Shown: piece by piece, positions 1 through 14,121 of the stretch
Layout: each line of letters starts with the position of its first letter
Numbering within the stretch: position 1 is the stretch's first letter
Assembly (NCBI GenBank): GCA_965113315.1
Contig: OZ220368.1
Source: Podarcis vaucheri
Taxonomy: Eukaryota
Strand: one strand, 5' to 3'
DNA length: 64,000 nt
The notes under the pieces: generated by a model
Database searches by the model: none
Seen by the model: the letters and a program-made list of their open reading frames with translations, nothing else
Told to the model about the DNA's origin: nothing
Made by a program: the position numbers and the translations under genes

Positions 1-3000
1 CTGTAAGCACTTGTCCCTCTCCAGGTTACTAAGGTAACGCTGTGTATCATGCATATAAAGGGAACGGTATCTGATCTTCTTTCGGTATTTCTCATGTTTC
101 ATAGTATCATAGCGGCCAACTCCAACTGGGTTCTATAAACAGGAAAGCAGACAAGGAGCAGCTTTGGGTATCCTGAGATGCAGATCTGTAAAGCCCTTGA
201 GCATCCACTTCTTGTCTGGCCAATGGAATGAAAGTAAGCTCATGCTGGGGAGATGAATGGGTATTAAGCATTCCCTCTGTGCAAAATCCCCTTTTGGCAT
301 TAGACAGTAAAAGTGCAAAATGCACAGGTTTGGACTACTTTCACAACTGCTTGTTAATGTTCCCTGTTATGTCTGAGACTTTCTGATTTTTGTGAGTGAC
401 ATCATGAATGTTCAGCTGCACTATAGTGAAGATGATACCACCTCTCATCTTTATAACATTGGAACAGACATCCACCTCATTGATACCCAATATACATCTA
501 CATGTCTTGTCATAAGGTCCTCCAGATGTTGGTGGACTACAACTTCCATCGTCCGTGGACATTGGTCATGCTGGGGCTGATGGGAGTTGTAGTTCAACAT
601 ACAGAGAGCCACAGACTCCCCCCACATGTCTTAAAGGAAGACTTCTGATCCTCTCAAAGGGAGAATGGGTTGAAAGAATTGTGAACATAGCCTTAAAGGC
701 TTTGACATCACAATCCAAAGGCTCACTCCACTTATTCATGAATATCTATAAGTGCAGTGGATTAGTCTAATGAGTAGAATGATTTCAAACCAATCTATTT
801 GGACAATATACCAATGGCTTGACCCTATATTAGGCCATGCCATCTAGTCCTCCAACAGCCCCACCCCCACGATTTCACACTGGGATTCCTGTCACCAGAA
901 ATGTCAGTGGCCCTGCTAGAGGGAAATGTTCCACAATCCACCTAGCCTTTTATTGGGGGCAAAGCCTTCTCCCTTGCTGCTGTTAGGAAGTTGCCTAAAA
1001 AATAAATTGGCCCATGTAATTCAGCACTGTCTGCACTGACTGGGGGCCGCTGTCCAGGGTTTCAGGTGAAAGTCCACCTGCCCACTGACTGAGAATGACA
1101 AACATTGGACCTGGGACCTTTGGCATGCCAAACACTGGCTCTTCTTCTGAGCTATGCCTCTTTTCCAATGTTGCCATTAGTACAATTGCTGTAGGGAGAG
1201 GCCATGTATCTAAAACGCCTCTGCAAAGGGTCCTCCTTGTCCCCTTGGGGCAAGAATGGCAGTAGAAGAGAGAGAGGCTGTTCCGGCTATCAACAACACC
1301 CCATTTGCATGTTTTGTACTTGAGAACATCAATCCCCTCTTTCATTTCCATATGTGTACAAGAATTCTCATTCATTTTGCTAACTCTGGCTATTTGAACC
1401 CAGATCACTGAGCAGGCCCCTCTGAAGTAGGCTTTTTTGAGATGTCCCAGTGGCCAGAGCAAAACGATTTGCTCCTCCATTGCATTAAAAACTCTCGAAC
1501 CGCCAGCAGGTAAGTTCAGTTCTCTGCCAACTTTATCCGCGACACTTAATCACCACCAGCAAAGTTCCCCATCAATTATGAAAGAGCCCTTCATTCTTGA
1601 CCTCTTTTAAGTTCCCTGCTCTCCAGGATCAAGGAGAGAGAACAAACCCTGCCTGGGAGTCCTTACCTGTTCCCTAAGTGGAAGTGAACTCTTTCAAATG
1701 AAAGCTTTCGCTGACTGAGTCCTCCCAGCTTTGTTCCAGTTCACCACAGGAACCCAGAAAAGATGAATGCAGATGATACAAGAAAAGGCACAAGGAGAAG
1801 GAGGAACAGAGCCAGAGCCATCCCTTTGGCACATCATTACTAAAAGGAGTTTTAGCCTATCAGCAAAAGGGATGCGGCACTATCAAACAATCTAAAATAG
1901 ATTCCCTCAACCCAGCACAGAGTAAGGGGCACTTGAGCCTAGCGGAGACAAAAGTATTTTATTTGAGCACTGCAAAATTCCTGATCATAAATGTGTTTGC
2001 TTGGGGGGAAATAGTCCTACTTCTAAGTAAGTACACATAGGAGCGTGGTCAAAGTATAAGGCAGGGATGGCCGGATGTGTGTGTGGCCCCACCTGCAACT
2101 TGGCAGTGGCAGAGGAAATGTTTCCAACCAATCCAGTTCTCTGCCACTTCACCATTAGTGCCTTTGCCATGCTTCCTGGTGGGCTCATGTGGGATATCCA
2201 TTGCTCCATTGAGCCCCTTCTCAGGACAGGCAAATCTATCCATTTTGATTTCTCTCCGTTTCTCATTTTCCCATTTAGTACATACATTACTTGGCAGGAG
2301 AACTGCACTGGAATATCTGGAGAAGTGCAAATTTTGAAAGATGGCTGTGTTTCGATTTCCATAGTTTTTCAGGAAGGGCAAGTTAGGTAGCTGCACCTTT
2401 ATATGCAAACTGAATTCAAATTCTCTCCCTTTCTGCCACTGGGAAAATTACGGCAAGCGGTCTTTCTTAGTCAAACTCTGATCATATAATTTCCCACTCA
2501 CAGCATTTCCAACAAACAGACGGTATGCTTTCCTGTCAAATCTTTTTGCACCAATCCAGAACGGTGGCTGATTTTCATACTCTCTTCTCTTGATGGGCTT
2601 TATGTCGTATGAGCCTGGCCCTGTCAGGTACTGTAACAAGTAAAATAAATTACTTTGAACCAGTGAATACAACAGTTGTGTAGCAGCACAAAGAGTATAG
2701 AAAAGTATCCTGGGGGAGATACAGCTAGCTACATTGAGCCAGAGACACAGCACAACGTTTTGCTAGAGATTCCCCTTGTTCACTTGACTAGCAATATTGT
2801 CTGATTGAGTGCTTACCAGTTTGGAAGTCACATAAAATACTGGCTTCTATGTACTTGGAGCAAGATACGCCTATGACATTTATGAAACAAAGGTTGAAAC
2901 ACAACCACCAAAACATATTAATTTGATGCTATCTCACAATGGACTCTGCCCCCAAACCCCTAGACTCCAGGTGCGTGGCTGGTTGCCCTCAACTCTGCTT

Positions 3001-6000
3001 GGTTGATTAGCTGCAGTTCGGCATCTACCTAAAGCTGAGGAGTTAGTTCTATAATAGCCTGGGGCCCGTAGTAGACTGCCCTAGCAGCCTGCTTGTTCTT
3101 TGATGTTTGTTCCCCACTCACCCTTTTCACCTCACACGACTTCCCAACCCTGCCATCCGGAAGAAACTGGCACTGTGATTGCAACCAAGAAGCAATGGAA
3201 AGTCACCTACTTGTTCACGTGGACACTGGCTGACAGTGGCCCAGAAGATCCGATCGGAGGGGCACTTGGGATTCCAAACATGACTGCCGAAAGTGCCATG
3301 CTTCCTTTTATCCCTTGATTCTAGTTCTTCCAGGAAGCTCTTCAATGTGGTGCCACTCAGTTCGATGGACTTTTTCTAGAAACATTAAACAAGGAAAGGA
3401 GACAGTTGTACCTTGGATCTCGAACACCTTGCAACTCAAATGTTTTGGCTCCTGAATGCCACAAACCCAGATTCCGTTCAACAGCCAAGGTACAACTGTA
3501 TATCAAATCTGTACAATTTTACAAAAGGAGGAGGAGGAGGAGGAGGAGGAGAAGGAGAAGGAAGAAAGTCACCTGAGGGTACTCTTGTTGCTGTTCTTTC
3601 ATGGAATACAGTTATAATTTTCACACGCCACACACATACCCACAAGCTCAATAATCTGAAGGAAGATTGTATCAGGTTCAATGATCTTATATAAAATGAA
3701 TTTTCAACATGCATTGTGTAGGCTTACAACAGTTAAAATGCACGTAATGCAATTGAATTTGTTGAACTGTAGAATCTGCCCTGATTCTGCTTTTCCTCTA
3801 CCACCGCTGATTGACTGCTTTTTCTATACTGTTTTCATTCAACCTGTAAATTTATCCATTTTGGAAAAGGAAAGCAATGCAATATTTATCACTGGCGGAA
3901 AATTTAGAAGAAAGGGCCATCCCCAAGATTTCCTATGCCCACCCTCCTCCAAACAGCTGCAGTTATTTGCATTGTTTAGCCTCAGATCCATCTGTAGTAT
4001 TGTATAATACAAGATTTGTTGTAAGGGTGCTGAGATAATTAATGGAATATGCGGTGTATTGGAACACTTGTGACAAAATGCTAAATAAGTACTTAATCAT
4101 CAATATAATCGGAATAGTTTGCTCACCCTGGTCTTGAGTGTTAGAAACATTAAAAATAATATTACAGTGGAGACATTTGAACTCTTACAAATGCCTGTCT
4201 AATAATTTAGACATTTTTCATCTGAAGCACCAGTGTTCCAAGTAGCAGAACCTGACAGATCACAAAACTTCAAAATTTAACACATACAAAATTATTTCTT
4301 TTTGTGTTTCTTTTTGTATTTTCTTCTTTTTAAAGACAATCAGAATCTTCTTTAATTCCATTACTCCAAAAGTTGGAGGCTTAAAAGAAGCATGTGGGGA
4401 AGGTTCATGGGCTTTCTGATGTTTTGCCAGTCAGTCTGAAGTTTGGCAACTCTATCATTTGAATTACTAACCAGCAACATGACGCTTTAAAAAAAAGTTT
4501 GCAAGCAAAGAAGATGAGTGTACATACATCAGTAGCGTAATGCCCACAGACAATAGGCTTTGACCTGTCTCCTGTGAAGGTTTCATAAGGGCCTTTTAAG
4601 CTGACCACGCGTTTCAGCATCTCATCCACCCCATTTTTGATATTGTAGGTGCCAGGTCCCAAACCACTTCCCTGAAATCAAGGATTAAGAAAGTATTAGG
4701 GAGAGGGAGAGCCTTCTTAAGCAGTTTGCAAAACTGTAGCATCTGTTGCGTTGAATAGGCGAGGACTTGGTCCTGATGTGGCTGTAGTTGTATGAAACTA
4801 CATGGGATAATAATCCCGTGCCAAAGGTGTGGCATGGGAATGCGATCCCGTATCAGCAACACAAGCCTTCTCCAGCCAGTTCAACAGGAAGACTTTGAAG
4901 ATTGAGAGCAGCTAAGCAGAGAACTAAGAAACTAAACTTGCCACATTGGGAAAGGCGAAGCATTTTGAAGTTTTACTGTCCATTATTCCAAGTGCAGTCA
5001 CAGAGCGTTTTTCCTTTTTATCCAGGGCAGCATAAGGATTTCCATAGGTTCCTGGGCCAGGATAACATTCCTAGGATGTTAGGGTGGAGAGAGAGAGAGA
5101 GAGCGCATTAACATAACCACAGCAGAGCAATGCCCATCTCTTATCTGGACTCTACATTGTTTCCAATGGTGCTTCAAGACTGCTGCTGTTTTTGAGCTGA
5201 ATGCAACCACATGCTGGCAATTTCATGTTATGCAATTATAGTTGATTTTGAGCTCCTGCTCACCAAGTGCATCTTACCAAAATACTGGACATTTTGCATT
5301 AAGAGAAATGATGGGGAATTGCACTAGAAAGCACATACATAGTCACATTTATTATGACACCATGTCATCTAACCTTCCTGCAAACAAATCAGACTCTATG
5401 TTCATTAAATAGCTAGTGTTGTCTAATCACCTGACAAACTAATTAGGAGGAATACTCAATAATTATTAGTGAAGTCTTGGGCTGGTAGTTCTTATTTGGT
5501 AGGGCTCGTGTGAAAACAGCAGGCATTCAAAGGGTGGAGCTTTCCCCAGCAATTGGATGGGGCAATGAGAAAAGTTTCACCTACAGAATGAATTTCTGCT
5601 TGTCACACTGTTGTTAAAGGTACAGAAGGCCTGCCAGAGGAAAAACTCTAGATCAGGGATGGGAAACGTGTGACCCTTCAGATTTTGTTAGGCTACAACT
5701 CCCATCATCCCTGACCCTGGGGCACACTGGCTGGGGCTGATGGAGTCCAACAAGATCTGGAGGGCCACAGGTTATTAATCCCTGTCTTGCTGTTTTCTGC
5801 TACATGTACATAAGCTGGTTCTTCATGTCTACCAATTGCTTCCTAGTTGCCTCTTGCGGAGGAAATAGCTCAGGTTCTTGTAGGAAGGCAAGGAGCCTTC
5901 CCTGGACTTCAGGAGCGAGGAGGTGCTTTAAAAAAAACCACACACACACACACACACTTTTACTGAGATTTGTATCAGCTACAAAAACAACCAAAACCTC

Positions 6001-9000
6001 GCACAGACTAGAGTATTACATATGTCCATATCCTTTGATACTTTAAGACAGTTTCCCTTTTGTGGTACTATCTTTGCTACTGTGACATAGGTGAGGGTAG
6101 AAAAACCTGGCTTTTTGGAATATGTTGATTAAAGAAAATCATTACAAAAACAATTCCTGGAAAATCTGCACAATAGTTCAGAACAAAGAAAACAGTACAA
6201 CGCAATGAATAATACTGTGATTAAAGGTATTTTGAAGGCAAAGCAATCTTTCCAGCGGTTAAGAGTTGTAGTACTTTTTTTTTTAAATGTGTTTCACCTA
6301 CTAATCCACTGTGAGTCACTCTTGCTTCATAAATGTGTCAGTCCGGTGATGAATAATTTTTATTTTGCTGGTGCTAAACCACAAAACCGTTGGAAGGCAG
6401 CCAATATATCTGTCCTTCATTCCCACCTCCATGATTCACAAAGAATGGAAGATGTGCGGAGAGCTGAATCTTGAGCCTTTCACCACGCCAACTCTCCATC
6501 TACATCAAAATCTTTCTTTTTTTACGACACAAGCTCAGTTGTTGTAGCACTATAACTCCCATTATTCCTCACTGTTGGCTATTCTGGCTGGGAATAATGG
6601 GACTTGGGAGCCCAATACATATGGAGGACCACAGGCTTCCCACCCCTACTTACGGACTCCTGAGGTAATGAGCAGGTGGTAGACTCTACAGGTGATAGGA
6701 GCGGAGGAAGGAGGAATGTACACACTGAAAGGAGCACAAAGCAGGTGACCATAGCAATGGCAGCCATTAGTACATGCATAATGGCTGCAATCTCATTTAT
6801 GACACGTTAGAACAAGGGGGTTTTAGATGTTGAGCCAAATGTAAACCCAGAGGCGGTTTTAAGGTAGTGTGACCAGTTCGGCTGCACTGGGCACTGTGCT
6901 GCTGGGGGCATCACAACAATGCTGTAGAGTGGAGCAAAAGAGGTGGAAGGTGCCAAATTTTAGTGTCACACAGAGCGCCACTGTAATTTGAGAACCCACG
7001 GTCCACCTCTGGTAACCCCCCTAGTAGGAACAAAACCCAAATAGTTGACTTCTGTATGCTGATGCTGCAGTCCCACCAGCCTTTCTTGATGCTCTGGAGA
7101 GACATAGGCTCACATTACTGGGGACAGTGGCTTCACGGTGTGGTTTCTCTAAGCCTACTTTTCAGCCTAGACCCATAACGTAGGTTTTAAAGACTGAATG
7201 TTCTTGGTAGGTTGTCAACTCTCCTTTTTTAGCAGAGGTTGGATGGCCATCTGTCATGGATGCTTTAGTTGAGATTCCTGCATTGCAGGGGGTTGAAGCA
7301 GATGAGTATAGAGTCGGGGATCCCTTCCAACTCTATGATTCCTTTAAAACGGAGACAATTTCTTTTAATAAAAATCTCTATTATTTTCATAATGGAATAT
7401 GTTGGCGTGGTGAATGGCTCAAGATTCAGCTGTCCACACATCTTCCATTCCATGTGAATCATGGAGGCGGGAATGCATAATGGAATATGTTTTGCATCAA
7501 TACGGAATTGCACCACAACTGGTGGTTTGAAAGACAGGATCAATGGAACCAAGACAAACAAATAAAACCCCACAATCCAGGTAGCAAAGTTGAAGACGAT
7601 ACTAAAAATAGCAAATTCAAAGTAGATATGGCAAAAACCATTCGCAAAGAATGATGCATTTCACACAATTCATTCCAACAAGGACAGATGCCTACCCTGA
7701 TGCGGTCTTTAAATCTCACTGCTCCGGTGTCACATATTCCTCTAATGCTGTGTGGACGTTTCTCTTGGAGTTGTAGAAAATCTGAGTACTCATAAGTCCC
7801 AGGACCCAGCTTTGCTTTCTTGGAGAGAGAAAGGATGCACGTGAATAGGGTTAAGAGATGGCATGTGCAGCTTTAAAACAGCCATCTGGTATGTGGAGTT
7901 TGTGGCAGCACAGGAATGAGGTGGAGCATAGCTCCAGGCTTTATTTTATTTTTCACAGCAGATTGTGCCCCCGGCTAGTGGCAGAAACTAGGCTGAGGGT
8001 GATTGAAAGGTAGGTCTGACCTGGTACATGACCCCTTTGTTAGGGAAGCCAGGCTCAGATATGAATGTCATAATTCATCAGGAGTTATTCTGGAGTGTAT
8101 ATGCCAAATATTGGAAATAACTGTGTTATATATAATTGGCAGATAGAAGAGTGGAAGCACCTCTTTTTTATCTTTTTTTGTTTTTGCTTCCTTCCTACTT
8201 AGTTTTTGATAGTATTTTATTAATATTAAATAATACTGCTTATGGTTAAAGTAAAGGTAAATGACCCCTGGATAGTTAAGTCCAGTCAAAGGTGATTATG
8301 GCATGTGGCACTTCTCTCACTTCAGGCCGAGGGAGCCAGCGTTTGTCCACAGACAGCTTTCCGGGTCATGTGGCCAACATGACTAAACTGCTACTGGCAC
8401 AACGGGACACTGTGATGGAAGCCAGAGCACATGGAAATGCTGTTTACCTTCCCGCCACAGCGGTACCTATTTATCTACTTGCACAGGTATGTTTTTGAAC
8501 TGCTAGGTTGGCAGGAGCTGGGACAGAGCAACAGGAGCTCACCCTTTCACACAGATACGAACCACTGACCTTCAGTTCAGCAAGCCCAAGAGGCTCAGTG
8601 GTTTAGACCACAATGCCACCCGCGTATTTGCCTGAGAAATAGACAGCGGTGAGAAGATTCCCCCTTACACTTGCCTGATGCCCATTGTTACGCTTGATGG
8701 GCCTTTCCTTCATATTTCACAATGATAACATTCTTGGTTATGTAACAAAGACAAACCACATGCCATTTGGAAAATACTCTTAAAGATGATACCAGTCTCA
8801 GAGAAAACTGTGGGCCCGTGTCCTCGGTTGTATCTGAAATGAAACTAGCTGATATTTTAACCCCTTGACTAAACCAACATGTAACAAAGAGCTTGAAGCC
8901 AAACACTCACCAGAGCTTTCGCCCTGCTGCATATTTCCTTAAAATTGAAATGTGGCATTTTGGTGAGCCTTGCTGCCTCCTGGGCTTTCGCCCAACTAGA

Positions 9001-12000
9001 GCTTGACATCTTCTTATGCAGATGACTAGAACTGAAGCCTCCATAGTCAATACTGTAGGTGCCTGGTCCTAATTTTCGGTTCTAAAGAAAGGTATGGTTA
9101 TTTTCTGCATTTGCTTGCATAGCTACAGTTCCTTCGAAAAACGGCATCACCAGGGCTAGATAAACTATTAGGTAAAAAGTGTGTACATTCTGAAGCACCC
9201 TGGTTCAATGGGTATCCTTCAGCATTAGTTATCCCATTTCAGCAGGATATTTTAATATGCTAATGAAGGCTTCGACTGATATCTGTTAAACTACAGATAT
9301 TGCTCTTGGATCTCAATCCACCTACCCACATCACTCATCAATACCTCTGACATCAATACCTCTGACATCCACAAATGGAACCATAATACTCCCTCTCCAG
9401 TTCATATTCATATTCTAGAACCATCACAGAGCTCAGGGAGGGGCTCTTCCCATTTGTTGGCTGCCAGAGAGTCCATTGCTTTCTTGATGGCTCTGTCCCT
9501 TCTCTTAGTCCTCTTTTAATAGTCTGTCTCCCCAGGTGATTTACCTGCCATGGGAAGCTGGTTTGACGTGTATTTTAACATGCTAAATCCAGCATCTGGC
9601 AGCCCACAAGCATTGATTCAATTCTGACACTTACTAAATTCAGGAATGGTGGCTGCTTTGCACCCACAAACTCTGGCACCCAAACTCATAACAATATGAT
9701 GCCGTCGTCCTTCTGCTCAAGGAGAAGACAACTTTCACCCTCTCCAATAGCAAACTCGGGCTGTGAATGCTGACAGAAATGAGGCTAAAACGCAGGCAAT
9801 GAAAAACAAGGAGGTGGCGTCATAATGCTTTGAGAGACCCCGAGGTTTCCAGAACTATAAACAGTGCTATTTTCTGGGGGGATGCAGGGGTACGCATACT
9901 CCTAAACATTTTGTGAATCGAAGTTTGGCCTCATTGAGGTGCAGTATTTCAATATGAGTAGGAAAATGAGAACACCCCTAAACATTTTTTTTAGACAGAA
10001 AGCACTGACTATAAAAGATATTAAAACAGACCCTCAGGGGGCAAAATATCCGCCAAAAGGGGAAAAAAGGAGGATCAAGCACATTTAGTAGCCACAGAAT
10101 GTTGAGTATCAGTTGGAAAGGAAAAGAAAAACTGAAGTGGGGGTGGAATAGCATATCCTGGAGGAAAGCATGGCTGGATAGAACCATGAAAAAGAGCACT
10201 CCTATTAGGACTCGGAGTCCCAGTCCATTTCATTAGAGAAAAGCCAATTATGTCTTGACCATGCTCTAGAATGATCAAGGAGTGGAATCCCTCTAGGGCT
10301 AGGCAATGTACATCTAAATTGGCTTGTATGATACTCCACATGGGTGGCATGCAAGCAACTGCTTCTATGAGCAGACTACTCAAATGAAATAGTTTGACAT
10401 CACAACAGCAAACTCCCAAGAGATTGTCCCTCTGTAAATAGTCAGTTTGCAGCTATAGTGGGAGACAAAGTTCTGGATGGTCTAAAGTAGATGCGGGGGT
10501 AGGGGTGGTGGTGGTGGAGGGAATACTGTACATTAAAAAAATATTGTTCAACCACGCATACAGTAAAACTGAAGACTAGGTTTGCTTTGTGCATGTGAGG
10601 CACCCTGAGATATAGACTCACCAAGTCTGAGCAGACCGTTTTGGTGTATGGGGCCTGCAGGTAAGTACTTGGTCTCTTGACATCTGGATAAATTGCTGAC
10701 ACATCAAATCTAGCCAGAGAAATACAAATATGGAGAGCTGAAGGATCCTGCTGGGGCCATTTGAATCAAAGTCATGTAACACAGTTGCTTTCAAAACAAT
10801 TTCTGACACTCTAGCTATATAACCACAATAATAGCTTCAGGGTATATATAAGCAGCCAACCTGTGTTTGGAATGATGCAGAGTGCTGCTTCAAAATCCAG
10901 ATCCTGCAGCTCAGTGTCTCCAGCAGTGCTATTATTCAAGAAAAAGAGGTGCCAGAACTCCCCTTGTTCTCTTAGAAGGGCAATGGCACCCACCTGAGAG
11001 GTGCTGGAACTTGAGTTCCAGCAAATTCCAGCTGAGAAAAAGCCCTGGTCTCCAGTTAATTTGTCTATAAGGTTAGAACCAGTCCAGGTGTTTTGCTGTC
11101 TGACTTGGAGCCTGGAGGACAAGATGGTGCCTCCCTCCCTCCCTCCCCCCACTTCCATATACAGAAGCTAAGCAGGTGAGCACTTGACTCTTACTTCAGT
11201 GCTGCCTGGTAATGATGAGCAGCAGCACCCCCCCCCATCATACCTGAGGGCAGCAGGGGGTACATGCCACTTGGTCCTTCAACACCTTTACACAACTCCT
11301 TACCTACCAGCATCTGCTGCCTGAGGTACTTGCCTGTCTGCCTAATAGTAGGACCAGCCCTGTATGAGGTTGTTTCAGAGCTCGATCTGACTTGCAGAAT
11401 TCTGGCACAGGGTAATCTACATTAAAATCCTTCCCCCTATATGCCCCCCTGCCCCCTGAAATTGGTTCAAGGGGCTGTTGGGAGGATCTCCAGAACAGCA
11501 CATGAAAGGGGGTGTTTGTTTCATCTGGCAAGCTGGTGTGCTTACAGAGATAAAGCATTTGTAATAGAAGTAACATTTGAATTGAATTTGAAGCGTCTAA
11601 CAGCTGAGGCAAATGGGAAGCCCTCTAAGGTGTGAATTAGTGGCGCCCAACTTGTGACCCTGCAGATGTTGTTGGACTCCTTTTTAAAATGTTTGATGTT
11701 TTATGATGCGTTTATATGTGCTGGAAGCCACTCAAAGTTTCTGGGGTAACCCAGCCAGATGGGTGGGGAATAAATAATAAAATTATTATTAGTAGTATAA
11801 TTATTATTATTTTATTGGCACCAGCCAGTGTGGCCAATGTTCTGGGATGATGGAGTCAAACATCTGCAAGGCCACAGGTTGCACACTCCCGCTATGGAAG
11901 GAAACTACAACCCTATTATGTCTTATTATGAGTACATTTGTGCGGTTGAAGTTGTCTTCTATTAAGGAGCCAACAGATCTGTGTTCTAGGTTGATGTGAT

Positions 12001-13209
12001 GCGCAGAATTCAGTTCTGAGCAGGTTCAGGGGTATGTTTGTTTGCTTGTGTAGGATTGTGTCTTAGGGTATGTCTACATGGACTTTGAACCAAGATAAAT
12101 ACAGATCTACAAGACAGAAACTGTATATGATCCATACTTGTGTGACTATTTGTATGTGACAACTTACATTTCTTGCAAAATTAAAATCCATGGTGAATTA
12201 TTTGTAAGCATTGTACCACGAACACAAGTGGTATATGAACTGGAGCTTGGTTTTTAAAACACAAAATGCCTGCATTACTCAAAGCTGCCAGAAAAGAGCG
12301 CCCTCTGCTCAAAATCCCAGAAATCTGGAAGGATGGCTGTGGTTTCTCTCTCTCTCTCTCTCATATTTTTTTTTAAATTCAACCAGATATCCACATACAG
12401 CATCCCAAGAACATAAAAGAAAAAGACAATAAAAACAACATCCTCAACAACATCTACATCAAAAAGAAAAAATCCTAAGCACGATGTTAAACACAAAATG
12501 ACAAACTGAAAATGGTCTTATTACTATAGACCCGACTTCCTGTCCACTCCTTACCTCAGATAATCTTCATTAGTTTACTGCCATTACACCATACATTTCA
12601 TCAAAATGTAAATACGATTGAACTATGTTATCTCTCACTGCAAACTTAAAACTGCTACTAAAGTTATTCAAATGCTGCGACAGAATTTAAACTGGGATAA
12701 TTATTTTTCAAGTATATTTTAAAGGCTTCCCATTTTGAAATAAATGCTTGTTTTGAGTTGTTCTTTATTTTTTCAGGCTATCTAATTCTGCATATTCCAC
12801 TAATTTTGAAATCCATTCTTTCTTTGGGGGTATTTTATCACTCTTCCAATTTGCTGCTATAAGAACTCTTGCAGCCACCATGGCATATAAAAAAAAATCT
12901 TTTGCTTTTTTGGGAATATCCAGGTCTGTAATTCCCAGAATAAAGGCTTCTGGTATTTTTCCTAAGGGAAGGATGGCTGTGGTTTCTCAAGTGGGAAGGC
13001 CACTCACCACATGCTCAGAGACTCTTATATTTTCCGTCTTTCAGGACTGATCGTTGATAAGCCCTAGCACAAGTTATGCCCTGTCTTCGAGAAGGTGTAA
13101 TCTTTTTTTATTTTTAAAAAAGAAACCAACCCGATTCCTGTGGGAGCAGCCCTTACCTTGCCGTTTGACTCCAAAAGGGGGCACCTGTGAATCCCTTTGG
13201 CTCCTCCAT
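1..13209 (-). CDS. CIMAP2: Ciliary microtubule-associated protein 2 / lymphocyte expansion molecule (LEXM, C1orf177), spliced, 3' end beyond window
   Basis: Phase-consistent exons: 13157-13209 (MEEPKGFTGAPFWSQTAR), 10622-10709 (FDVSAIYPDVKRPSTYLQAPY), 8911-9081 (LGPGTYS..WAKAQEAARLTKMPHF), 7696-7818 (KLGPGTYEYSDFL), 4942-5070 (YPGPGTYGNPY; GC donor), 4528-4671 (GSGLGPGTY..GPYETFTGDRSKP), 3211-3375 (KSFLEELES..RIFWATVSQCPR), 2502-2630 (GPGSY..NQPPF), 1-132 (NPVGVGRY..RYRSLY..RYLSNL). Repeated (P)GPGxY motifs; matches human LEXM as recalled; head-to-head with TTC22 as in human. Confidence 0.9.
3526..3565. repeat. (GGA)n/(GAA) low-complexity repeat
   Basis: Direct observation. Confidence 0.9.
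6418..7475. repeat. Inverted repeat pair (about 75-bp arms, 6418-6492 and 7401-7475)
   Basis: cattcccacctccatgattcac..caccacgccaac and its reverse complement, about 900 bp apart. Confidence 0.8.
7195..7345 (+). mobile_element. CR1 LINE 3' end
   Basis: agcagaggttggatggccatctg..cccttccaactctatgattc terminus typical of CR1; further CR1 ends at about 33514-33820 (minus strand, interrupted) and 52810-52862. Confidence 0.7.
8250..8623 (-). mobile_element. Sauria SINE, near full length
   Basis: Minus strand reads gcgggtggcattgtggtctaaaccactgagcctcttgggcttg..ccaacctagcagttc..tttaccttta. Confidence 0.88.
9862..10007. mobile_element. hAT-type MITE with perfect 8-bp TSD
   Basis: CAGTGCT...AGCACTG termini with ACTATAAA on both sides. 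Confidence 0.85.
11680..11815 (+). mobile_element. L2-like 3' end fragment
   Basis: Same 3'UTR (ggaagccac..cccagccagatggg..aataaataataaa) and ATT tail as 59820-59929. Confidence 0.65.
12349..12966 (-). mobile_element. 5'-truncated L1-like LINE 3' end with 22-bp target-site duplication
   Basis: Flanked by direct repeats GGAAGGATGGCTGTGGTTTCTC at 12327-12348 and 12967-12988; the minus strand encodes an L1 ORF2 C-terminus-like peptide (PEAFILGI..AARVLIAANW). Confidence 0.8.
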
Positions 13210-13758
13210 CCTCTGATGCTTGGAGCAGAAGAAGGACAACCCCCTTCCTTCTTGGAGATTGCTTCTGACAAGAGCTCTGGAACTTCACTGCCATGACAAC
13301 ACTAGATGCTTGGCTTTCTGTTTCCAAGTGGCTGGGAGGAGCAGGTCTTCAGACAGCCTGATATGCTCATGAGGATTTCTCAGTGCTGAAGGCACCTTGT
13401 GGTGGTTCAGTGCCAGAAATCCCATGTGGTACAAAAGGACATTGTTGTGAATTAGGGCATGTCCAGGTGATAAGAGTCTTCCACAGTTTATCTCGCACTG
13501 CAAGCTGAAGTAAAAATATGGGAAAGGTTTAGGGAGTGGGAGAGGTGGTGTACAACGGTTGCTCTTTCAGGACTGTCACCACTTGTCTTGATCGTGACAT
13601 GTGGAAGGATCAGCCCCTCCATCCAACCTTCAGGAGCCAACGCCTTTCAGCTAAAGGGAGAGGAGAGAAACAGTTGTAGTCTGCAGCCAGCTTTGCAGCA
13701 AATAAAGAATCATTTATATGTTTATGATACACCAGGATTTCTATATATTTGTATATAT

Positions 13759-13762
<4 letters not shown>

Positions 13763-13797
<35 letters not shown>
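13763..13797. repeat. (TG)n microsatellite
   Basis: Direct observation. Confidence 0.95.
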
Positions 13798-13799
<2 letters not shown>

Positions 13800-14121
13800 T
13801 CTGAAGACCTTTCTGCGTGGCCTCCAGGCTAGATGACAGTAACGGAAAGGTGATAATAGTACAAAATAATACAACAACGAGGTTCTTTGACAAGGTAGTG
13901 GTGACTTATAAACTTCAGGGTGGGGAGGTGATAGTGGCAGTTATCCCTCTCCAGGCCTCAGCTGATGTGGCAGTTTCAACTGCCACTTTTCAGAGGTTCC
14001 GTGGGGACCACAGAGGAGACTAGCACCCCCATCCATGAGAGCTCCCCAGCAACCATGACCAGGTAGTACCAGGTGTTTCAATCACTGGGAGAAAGGCATC
14101 TCCTCACACATGCAGTTAGAT

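Noticed and set aside
995-2408. ORFs of 107-161 aa in CIMAP2 intron 8 as extra genes or exons
   Set aside because: No recognisable motifs, partly repeat-derived, and the CIMAP2 exons join in phase without them.
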